Positions 52,315-64,000 of a DNA stretch of 64,000 nt are shown here, piece by piece. Source of the stretch: Bugula neritina (lineage: Eukaryota; Animalia; Bryozoa); assembly GCA_964035545.1 (NCBI GenBank), contig OZ037773.1, forward strand, positions 10,445,751 to 10,509,750, read 5' to 3'. Numbering within the stretch: position 1 is the stretch's first letter; each line of letters opens with the position of its first letter. A program made the position numbers and the translations under genes. The notes beneath the pieces were generated by a model. It was not told the origin of the DNA. It saw nothing but the letters and a program-made list of their open reading frames with translations, and made no database searches.

Positions 52315-55300
52315 TTAAAACCACATTTTGTTTCTGTTAATCTTACTTTGATTAAGATTAAGTTGCTGCTCTTCTGCATCATCATCCTCTGCACCTGCTA
52401 TTCACGTAAAAGAAATTATTTTCATTATATTTTTAAAACAACAATATTCTCAAAGCAATAAATTGAAGTAACAATTTTTGTGTAGTTATATAGAATTTAA
52501 GTATTTCACAAGTTTCGCACGTATTTAAGGGTATGCAGCCACAAGTCTGTACAATTATTACATTATAAACTCCATCAATTTTTTATGAAAGCATTCCAAG
52601 GTTCTAGACGTATAGCACTTTATATTTTAGCTATTGTTCAGTACTGTTAAACACTAATCTTTTACCAGCTTTGCCTGCATCTGCTCCTTTGCTCCCTCCT
52701 TCACTTTCACTCACTTCCTGTGGTTTTTTCACAACCACACCTATGTTCTGTACATACGAATAGGAATAAGTTAAATGAGATGATCACTAGACACAGTTTA
52801 TACACACTAAACAGGTAACCTATGGTAAAATTATATGCGTTTAATTATTACGACACTATTAGCAAAATTACATAATTTTAGTTTTAAACCTTTCAAATGT
52901 TAGATTTCTTGACCCAGGTAGTTACAATAATACAGTACTTGTATGACACAATTAATTTTATAATGATTATAACTATTTATATTTAAACAAAGCCATTCTT
53001 ATTTACCTTCATATTAAATAGGTACTATAAAGACTTATATAAATGTTTTATGCTTTTTGAAAAAGAATTTTACAATTATCTTGTTTACATAGCATTTTGT
53101 ATTTAATTCAAATATTTACTGAGTGATATACTCAAGTTCTCACCAAACTTTAGAAAAAAAATCGATGCTATTTATACGTAGAATTGTAGAATAACAGCTA
53201 CAAAAAAGTTTTTCAAGAAAAAATACTTGCTTGGGGCACAAAAGAGTGATTTTATACAACACAATAAATTAGTTCCAGCAACTGCTGTTGCAGCCATTCC
53301 TTATAAGGACATATAACACATGTCAGCTTATTATTTTAAGCATCTTATTCGGAGAAAAAAAACTTTATTAGAATTAAAAAATATACCTTCATCTCCTGAT
53401 CTATATCATCCTGGGTTTGCTCAAGCAGTTTAAAAGTTTCAGTTTTTATCTCTCTTCCCAACGTTTGCTCTTTCAATGTCTTTATGTGCTCCCTGGCAAT
53501 CTTGGTTTTTCCACTTATGTTAGTATGAGCTTTCTTAGCATTTTTAAGAAGCTCAAGATATTCTCTAGTAAGTTCTCCAGATTTTAATCTTTCTCTTGCC
53601 ATCTCTTGCTTCAGATTTCTGTTTAAATAGATTATTAATCCTTTACTTACAATTACATATTAACAATCTAATTGTAGTAACAGAGTTGTGTTGAATGTAA
53701 AAACCCTCCTGTTCAGTCACTATTAGAGACAATATATAGGTATATAAAACTAAACTTAAACTTGTTGAGTTTCAACATCTAAATGTGTATATATTTTATC
53801 TATGTGACTATTTATACTCGTACTTAGTAAAAATAAAATATCACAAACAATGTATACTAGAAAAACAAAAATAATCAAGAAAATGTGAAAAAAATATTAA
53901 AACATACTCTATTTCTCTTTGTAGTTCTTCTCTTTTTTCAACACTTAATTTAGGTTCTTCAGCTTTTCTTTCTCTTTCTGCTATCATCCTAAAATAGTAA
54001 AGATTAGTGAAGACAGCTTTAATAAGATTTTATTCAACTTAAGAAACAAATTATTTGGCATTTTTTCATAGAACAGATGGATAATCTTAAAAATTATTCA
54101 TTATGAATATGTCTATAATTTCAGTTTTGCTACAATTGCCTTATTATAATAATATGATTAGCCTTCATTTTCTGTCTCCCACCTATAATTTTTAAACTGC
54201 AGGCTATATGAAAAGTTTTGTACTGCTAGTTTCAATTAAATGAAAATGAATTCTTTGATTTTTTAGAAGTTCGTTTAATTTTTGTTCCAACGAAATTGAA
54301 TCCATATAGGCCTTTTATCTTTATATATTATACTGTCTAGAATAAAATCAAGATTGCTAGAAGTTATATATTTATATCCCCGATCATCATATTTCTAGAA
54401 CAAACATAAAGAGAGAATTTCCCCACCTAACAAGCTATTAAGTTTACACACGTAATATGTTGATTAGTATATCATGACTATATATATCGAAAGACCTCAT
54501 ATTAGCACCTGCATCATATCATATCATATTATATCATATAAACTAGATTCCGCTCAGCTAATTGTGTAATAAGAAGTTTTGGCTAAACAAAGTGTTTGCA
54601 TAAATTATATATTATTATGCTATAGGCACTGCATCTCAATATGACAGGACATGCACAGATATAAGGAATACATTGATGTGAAATTGTCTCCTACTGTAAT
54701 AGTATTTCTGCCATTTAAGCTAAATTTAATTATTAATTATACTAAGTAACAGTGTGCTGAAATTGTAGTTTTACATGTCATGTATAATATATATAATTCA
54801 TACAATTAAATCCTAAATAAAAGTTTGATAATTCTTGGATGTAAAATATTAGCATTGTTGGTGAAAGAACAGCCAAATTCCCAAATCCCTAACTTAGCCC
54901 CACATAACCATAGCCAAATGTAACTGTACTTGGGTCTATCAGAAGTACTTTTATTTACACAATCAATTTAGTTCTGGTAAACTTTCCACTCTGCACCATT
55001 TTTATAGCAGTAATATCAAATTGTAAATAAACATTGCTAGGCCATATTGACATCCTAAACAGGCTATATAATAACAGAAATTTAACGAGATACAGATAGC
55101 ACTGTATAATTAGCTTTTTTATCAATAGCTGAGAAGACTAAATACTTTTTATACATCTTATTTAAGAAAAACACGTACTCTGTGTAAGTTTCTAATACAC
55201 TCAAGAGCGTTTGAAAATCTTTTTTTGGCTGCATGTATTTCTGAAATCTGTCCTCTATCTACAATTATATTATTAGTAGGTCAGTTATAATAAATATTTG

Positions 55301-56242
55301 CAATAACTAGGAGTGGCCTAACGACAGTAAATTTAATATTTCATAAATTGACAAACTCAAAAGGTAAATTACTACTGTGTAAAATAATCTTGCCTTATCT
55401 TTATCTTTTAAACAAAAGCAATCTTTTTCTTTGATAATCAGTGTTGAAATTCTTTTATAGAACGCTAAAAAATCATCTTTTTCTTGCTCTTTCTGGAACT
55501 TATGAATTGTTCTACAGTGAACAATCCTATTTCTTATCGTTCTAAATTCATCTGTGGTGAGTTTTGTTTTAAATTCCTTTAAAAAATCTTGTGGTACTCT
55601 ACTAATAATTTCGTTATAGTGCCTGGAACAAATTACAGATACCCATTCATGCATCAGCCCCAGAGCCGTCTCTTTCAATTCCGCCTTGTCTGATGGTCGA
55701 TAGCCTGCTTTTGAAAATTTTTCATAAGTTTCAAAGTTTTCAAACCAATCAAAATGAGTTGTTTCTAGGTGATAGCGCCTACCATTAAATCGTTCTGATT
55801 TATAATCACGAAGCAGTTCTCTCAAAGGTTCAGCTAGTCTTGATGTCTTATTTTTTAAGACTAAAGCATCACAATCTTTCTTTTGGTAATATATTTTTAG
55901 GACTGCTGTTTGGAACTCCTTCATGCTTTTTAATATTTTGTCTGCATTTTCCTTGCATTGATCATAAATATCCCAAACAATGTACTGGGTCAGCAAAGAT
56001 TCCATTTTACCAACTAAAATCACTGCCAACGACAGGTCCGTCCATTCTGCTTTTATTCTGTTAAGATCTTTTGCAGTAGGCTCTGGTTGGCTAGTCTGGG
56101 ATTCTTGAGTACCTCTGGACTCTTGTACAGGTTGACTGGGCTGGGATCTCTGAGCAAGTCTGCGCGCAGGCCCTGGTACTCGTGTTTGCTCAGGAAGAGG
56201 CCAATCATCAACATTTAAATCTGAAGCCCCTTGCTGGCTCAT
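52315..56242 (-). CDS. HEPN-like domain + coiled-coil protein, paralog C (exons 56242-55394, 55258-55179, 53988-53908, 53618-53387, 52747-52666, 52394-52315)
   Basis: The 323-aa and 85-aa ORFs join through the same splice sites as paralog A, including the GC donor. Motifs GKMESLL and RTIRNRIVH (55534-55517). The last exon uses a shifted acceptor and is less certain. Confidence 0.8.
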
Positions 56243-56452
56243 GCTGACAGGAATGGTGAACTGATGAGTGTACGGCACAAACTACAGTGATCCACTGAAA
56301 TATCTAAAATATAAAATTTACTTAAAAATTATTATTAAATATAAATATGGTATCTAGTGCATTATCTGTTTGAAATAAAGTTTCGTTATTTACATATTCA
56401 TACTGCAATAGCAACAAACACATATTTTGTGTTCAGCAATATATTTTAAGAT

Positions 56453-59400
56453 AGATTATACAGTACATCACTTGTATATGGGTAATACTACAGACTATAC
56501 AGTACATCACTTGTATATGGTAATACTATAGATTATACAGTACATCACTTGTATATGGTAATACTACATACTATACAGTATATCACTTGTATATGGTAAT
56601 ACTACAGACTATACAGTACATCACTTGTATATGGTAATACTACAGAATATACAGTACATTACTTGTATATGGTAATACTACAGAATATACAGTACATTAC
56701 TTGTATATGGTATTACTACAGACTATACAGTACATCACTTGTATATGGTAATACTACAGACTATACAGTACATCACTTGTATATGGTAATACTACAGACT
56801 ATACAGTACATTACTTGTATATGATAATACTACAGACTATACAGTACATCACTTGTATATGGTAATACTACAGACTATACAGTACATCACTTGTATATGG
56901 TAATACTACAGACTATACAGTACATCACTTGTATATGGTAATACTACAGACTATACAGTACATCACTTGTATATGGTAATACTACAGAATATACAGTACA
57001 TCACTTGTATATGGTAATACTACATACTATACAGTACATCACTTGTATATGGGTAATACTACAGACTATACAGTACATCACTTGTACATGGTAATACTAC
57101 AGACTATACAGTACATCACTTGTATAGGGTAATACTACAGATTATACAGTACATCACTTGTATATGGTATTACTACATACTATACAGTATATCACTTGTA
57201 TATGGTAATACTACAGACTATACAGTATATCACTTGTATATGGTAATACTACAGAATATACAGTACATCACTTGTATATGGTATTGCTACAGACTATACA
57301 GTACATCACTTGTATATGGTAATACTACACAGACTATACAGTACATCACTTGTATATGGTAATACTACATACTATACAGTACATCACTTGTATATGGTAA
57401 TACTACAGACTATACAGTACATCACTTGTATATGGTAATACTACAGACTATACAGTACATCACTTGTATATGGTAATACTACAGACTATACAGTACATCA
57501 CTTGTATATGGTAATACTACAGAATATACAGTACATTACTTGTATATGGTAATACTACAGAATATACAGTACATTACTTGTATATGGTATTACTACAGAC
57601 TATACAGTACATCACTTGTATATGGTAATACTACAGACTATACAGTACATCACTTGTATATGGTAATACTACAGACTATACAGTACATTACTTGTATATG
57701 ATAATACTACAGACTATACAGTACATCACTTGTATATGGTAATACTACAGACTATACAGTATATCACTTGTATATGGTAATACTACATACTATACAGTAT
57801 ATCACTTGTATATGGTAATACTACATACTATACAGTACATCACTTGTATATGGTAATACTACAGACTATACAGTACATCACTTGTATATGGTATTACTAC
57901 AGACTATACAGTATATCACTTGTATATGGTAATACTACAGACTATACAGTATATCACTTGTATATGGTAATACTACATACTATACAGTACATCACTTGTA
58001 TATGGTAATACTACAGACTATACAGTACATCACTTGTATATGGTAATACTACAGAATATACAGTACATCACTTGTATATGGTAATACTACAGACTATACA
58101 GTACATCACTTGTATATGGTATTACTACAGACTATACAGTATATCACTTGTATATGGTAATACTACAGACTATACAGTACATCACTTGTATATGGTAATA
58201 CTACAGACTATACAGTACATCACTTGTATGTGGTAATACTACAGACTATACAGTACATCACTTGTATATGGTAATACTACAGGCTATACAGTACATCACT
58301 TGTATATGATAATACTACAGACTATACAGTACATCACTTGTATATGGTAATACTACAGACTATGCAGTACATCACTTGTATATGGTAATACTACAGACTA
58401 TACAGTACATCACTTGTATATGGTAATACTACAGACTATACAGTACATTACTTGTATATGGTAATACTACAGACTATACAGTACATCACTTGTATATGGT
58501 ATTACTACAGACTGTACAGTATATCACTTGTATATGGTAATACTACAGACTATACAGTACATCACTTGTATATGGTAATACTACAGACTATGCAGTACAT
58601 CACTTGTATATGGTAATACTACAGACTATACAGTACATCACTTGTATATGGTAATACTACAGACTATACAGTACATTACTTGTATATGGTAATACTACAG
58701 ACTATACAGTACATCACTTGTATATGGTATTACTACAGACTGTACAGTATATCACTTGTATCTGGTAATACTACAGACTATACAGTACATCACTTGTATA
58801 TGGTAATACTACATACTATACAGTACATTACTTGTATATGGTAATACTACAGACTATACAGTACATCACTTGTATATGGTATTACTACAGACTGTACAGT
58901 ATATCACTTGTATATGGTAATACTACAGACTATACAGTACATTACTTGTATATGGTAATACTACATACTATACAGTACATCACTTGTATATGATAATACT
59001 ACAGACTATACAGTACATCACTTGTATATGGTAATACTACAGACTATACAGTACATCACTTGTATATGGTATTACTACAGACTGTACAGTATATCACTTG
59101 TATATGGTAATACTACAGACTATACAGTACATTACTTGTATATGATAATACTACAGACTATACAGTATATCACTTGTATATGGTAATACTACAGACTATA
59201 CAGTACATCACTTGTATATGGTAATACTACAGACTATACAGTACATCACTTGTATATGATAATACTACAGACTATACAGTACATCACTTGTATATGGTAA
59301 TACTACAGACTATACAGTACATCACTTGTATATGGTAATACTACATACTATACAGTATATCACTTGTATATGGTAATACTACAGACTATACAGTACATCA

Positions 59401-59820
59401 CTTGTATATGGTAATACTACAGACTATACAGTACATCACTTGTATATGGTAATACTACAGACTATACAGTACATCACTTGTATATGGTAATACTACAGAC
59501 TATACAGTACATCACTTGTATATGGTAATACTACAGACTATACAGTACATCACTTGTATATGGTAATACTACAGACTATACAGTACATCACTTGTATATG
59601 GTAATACTACAGACTATACAGTACATCACTTGTATATGGTAATACTACAGACTATACAGTACATCACTTGTATATGGGTAATACTACAGACTATACAGTA
59701 CATCACTTGTATATGGTAATACTACAGACTATACAGTACATCACTTGTATATGGTAATACTACAGACTATACAGTACATCACTTGTATATGGTATTACTA
59801 CAGACTATACAGTAAAATAC
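56453..59820. repeat. 38-bp minisatellite of unit C (about 88 units)
   Basis: Same consensus as the other two arrays. Confidence 0.97.
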
Positions 59821-62464
59821 AGACTATTTGTACAAACAGAGAGGAAGTCTCTAGAGTTTCTACCAAACATAAAACACCACCTTAACTTAGTACTTGGTTT
59901 TCGAAATACAGTCTGAAAATAAGATTGTCATCAATTGATAATTTATCTCCATTATTGCATATTTCATAATATAGTGTGATTACTAAAAGGTTAGGTGAAG
60001 AAACAAGTTGTCAGACTCTCAGATATTCTACATAAGCAGCATATACTAAATATGCATCATATAACTTATAATCTTATTCGGTAACTTCCTGGTGGCACAG
60101 GAAGAGAACTGCTGAATCTTACCTTTAGAAGTTTGAGCTGTCAACTTGATCGACTCTCTGTGAAGTGGCACTGAAGTAGTAGATACGTGAGTAGTTATAG
60201 TCTGGCTAAACCAATCAAATGACCTGCTATTCGTGTTACTCCGCACTAGTACTGTTACCTTAGCGGATCACATTTCACTCAAGGAAGATTGTTAAGCATA
60301 GAATATAGTTTATTGACTATGATAAAATAAAAAGAGGAGCAAAACGATTATGTAAAAACCAATATATGATCAGATATCCTTAGCTTTATCGTGTCATACA
60401 TTTGCGGCATAAACTGTAAAAGGGCTGATATGAACGACTACGTCTATCTTGTTGTCATTTCATTGTTCGGAGTAAATCGAATGTAATACATTGTTTTACA
60501 GATTGCTTTACTCATTCTATAATATTGCTATAGGTGGTTCTACTGCCGGCGATTATTTGTTTAATAAGATAACCTTTATTTATGCAGCCATAAAGCTATA
60601 TATACTGTACACTGTATGACTAGCATGTATCTCTGATATTAGATAATGTGGCTCCACTATTTTGTACTATATGATACTCTCATCTAGATATCTCACACTC
60701 AACAGATTAGTACACGTGTACTGAATATATACAGTATACAGCTGATGACACTGTATGTGAAGAAGTAAAGGGGTGTGCCTGGGGGTTGTATAAGGGGTGT
60801 GTCTGAGAGGGTGTGTCTAAGGAGGTGTGTCTTAGGGGAGATGTCTGATGCGTATAACAGCTCCTAGACAGCAAATTTCCACTGCCAAGGTGCTGACTAT
60901 AGGAGATATATATAACTTGTATGAACACTCAGTATCTGTACAAAGCAGCTGTCATCATAACATAATTAATATGCAGGTGACTAGGATTACCAGCTGAAGG
61001 GGGTACGTGAAGGAGCCCGTAATTCTGTACATAATGCACTGTATAGATTATATAGACTGAGTAGACACTGATGTAGTATTATATTGTATACAAATATAGT
61101 GCTGTGTAAATTAGGAGAGCATTACAATATGAACTACTTTACAGTTTCTCTAGAAATGAAATTATTGGGTTCACTCGTATATACCAGATCAAATAAGATG
61201 GTCACATGACTAAACACAGGATGTAGTTGTTATCCCAGGTGTAGTGATATACGCTCTATAACATGTAATTTAGTTAACTCTATATATAATATCTTATATA
61301 TTTACTACGATATACTATTATTTAATATATTATAGATTCAACTCTATGTTTTAGAGAACTGTTTCAGTTGTTATCTTAGTAGAACTGCTGTCAATTCTGC
61401 ATAATGTATGAATTGATTGTCAAGTATTGACATAGTAATCAATAAATGCTGCGGAGAGAGGAATTTATATGAATATAAGGGGAGTCCCCCTGCATACTAT
61501 TGTCTAACCTCACCAGGTATTTACTCTCATAATAATCTACACAATTTGCAGTGAGTAGTTCAAATAATATATAACAATAAAGCCTTTCTATTGCTGATGT
61601 TATAACATGCACATATCACATTAATTTTTAATATTATTGTGTTCACAATACAGTTATATGCTATTGTTATAAATGATGTTTAATATTGATTATCCAGTGT
61701 ATCATTAATTGCCTTTTATTGATTTTAGCCTTTACTTATTGTTTGAGTAAATAAAAGGGGCACCTTACCTGAAAGTAAGGGGGTCCCCTCTATACATCAT
61801 CATATGACTCACATACTCTCAGTCTATCAGTATAAGTATACATTTTCTTATCAATATGAGTTCTACTTAGTCACTGGAGAGTTATATTTTATATTTGCAT
61901 AGTGTTGAACATACTTCTGCAGTGAACTATATTACATTTTATTTCTGCAGTTAATCACTTTACATATATCTGCAGTTAATGTCACTACATCCTTCTGCAG
62001 TGAATGCCACTATACATACCTCTGCAGTTAATTTTACAATATATTTTATTTCTGCAGTTAATTACTTTACATATTTCTGCAGTTAATGTCACTACATCCT
62101 TCTGCAGTGAATGCCACTATACATACCTCTGCAGTTAATTTTACAATATATTTTATTTCTGCAGTTAATTACATAACATATTTCTGCAGTTGCAGTGTGC
62201 ATATATATACTCACATACTATACTATAGCATGTTATATCTGACATATCATATTGTAATATATTACATCATGTAACACAATATACATGATGTAATCCCATA
62301 ACACAATGCATTGAAAAAAAAACTCAAAGTGTTTAATATTTTAAATAGCTTAGTATTTTATTTTTTTAATTGTGTCAAGTAACTAATAATCTCTGTCACA
62401 CACATCACTTTAGTTGGTTATGTTTTCTTGTTTACTTCTTCATGTAGCCAATTTTTTTCTGTAA

Positions 62465-62653
62465 CAACTGTAGTATGTGTAGGCACTGTTGTAAGTAGAA
62501 ACTGTAGTACGTGTAGCAACTGCTGTACATGTAGCAATTACTGTAGTATATGTGTAGAAACTGTTGTAAGTAGAAACTGTTGTAAGTAGCAACTGTTGTA
62601 CATGTAGCAACTGTAGTACGTGTAGCAACTGCATGTAGTACGTGTAGCAACTG
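62465..62653. repeat. Degenerate GTAGCAACTGTAGTACGT-type minisatellite
   Basis: Imperfect tandem repeat downstream of the right-end gene. Confidence 0.75.
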
Positions 62654-62655
62654 CC

Positions 62656-63491
62656 TTACACTGGTCCCAGACCGTGGTATTTGCTATTGCTGTTCTCCTC
62701 AACGTGTATCTTTACTGTCTCTGTGTACCTGCCTCTTATCTCTGCCATACTGATGAAAGAGCGCATACTCTCGTCTACCAGACCACTCTTCAACGCTGCC
62801 GCTATGTTGTTGTGACCACTTTCTATCAGCTGCCTCCGCACCGTCTTAGCAGACAGCTGCAGCAGCTCGTTTCTCTGATATTGTGTTTTTATAAACTCTA
62901 AAGCCTTTTCTTCAACTTCATGCTGGCTGCGAGCTTTAGCCAAGTCTTCATCCGAAACAACATGACCGTTAGCGAATGAAGAGGCCAGAATTCTGTGTAA
63001 GGAAAACGACTAACTTAACGCAATTCAATAATGTCATAAGTTAACATAGTTCAGTGATATTGTAAGTCATAACAAATGTACTATGTATCTTGCAAGCGAA
63101 TTCTTACAAGTCAGATTTTTCAAAAGAATTAGGCCTGATAGAAAACTGTGTAAAAACTTTAGTTTGTAAAATGACCTCTAAATATAGTATATTATTACCT
63201 TTATCTTAAACAATTGAATTTTATCAATATTGTCTGTTATAATCAATGTAATGTACCACATGCAACCACTGTATAATTGGTGTCACATGCAATCACTATG
63301 CAATTGGTGTCACATGCAACTAGTATACACTGAAAATCACACCATATATGACTTCTAACTAAGGACTACCTTATGAGACCATCTTTGACTTCAGGTGCGC
63401 ATGGGTAGACCTCAATGGAGCCATCGGCTCTAGAAATCCCACAATGCTTCAGCTCAGTGGCTGACTTGATGCCAAAGTATACCGTATAAAG
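62656..63491 (-). CDS. Uncharacterised protein, last two coding exons (63491-63370, 62992-62656); possible death-domain-like fold; possible start ATG at 63689-63687
   Basis: GC-richer open exons with phase-compatible AG/GT sites give LYTVYFGIKS...DGLIR|ILASSF...EDLAKARSQHEVEEKALEFIKTQYQRNELLQLSAKTVRRQLIESGHNNIAAALK...GPV*. Confidence 0.6.
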
Positions 63492-64000
63492 CTGTAAACA
63501 TGTCATATGAGTTTTATATATATTATAACTGTAAACATGTACCACCAGTGGCTATAACATAGGTATAGAAATTATCCTATCTTGCATATATACAGTATAG
63601 TAATATACATTATATAGCTGCAATATGTAAGTGTAAATCACAAATGAAGCCAACATAGAAAATACTCAAAATCATAGTATTCTCACCATTCACAAGTCTA
63701 TATTGCATGACGAGATAATTCCAAATATGTTTATGTCAATTCGAGTTTTTATTATAACAAAATTTATTTTAAATAAATAAATTATTATAGGCTCATGTAG
63801 ACTCTAATTATGTTTTCAGTGTTATTTGAAATACATTATAGTATAATCTAAAAGAACACATTTCATGTCTTTAATTAAAATAAACTTAAAAGGAAACTTG
63901 AAGTTATATTCTAAGAAATGCACAGGATAGACTTGAAAATAACTTAAAATAGACAGAGCGGGTTGTTGTTATACAACTGAGTGAACAAATATATGTAGTA

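Overview
AT-rich eukaryotic (intron-containing, most likely invertebrate animal) genomic DNA; no CRISPR array or prokaryotic operon is present. The window is a head-to-tail tandem segmental triplication (units at roughly 1-28.5 kb, 36.2-52 kb and 52-62.2 kb). Each unit carries an apparently intact multi-exon minus-strand gene for an uncharacterised protein with a HEPN-like RNase signature (N-terminal E..L plus R-[N/H]-x-I-V-H) followed by a coiled coil. Each gene has a 38-bp minisatellite in its first intron and two kB-like GC-rich sites upstream. The HEPN-like exon is far more diverged between paralogs than the neighbouring introns. Co-duplicated passenger genes (a class I SAM O-methyltransferase and fumarase) are decaying pseudogenes. 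Mobile elements: an intact, very young BEL/Pao LTR retrotransposon that appears to be self-primed; a defective tRNA-Leu-primed Gypsy; a truncated related Gypsy; a TA-TSD MITE; a decayed Academ-type DNA transposon; and a tRNA-derived SINE. A small gene with a death-domain-like pattern lies at the right end. All calls were made by eye from the sequence and the supplied ORF track; no database searches were run.
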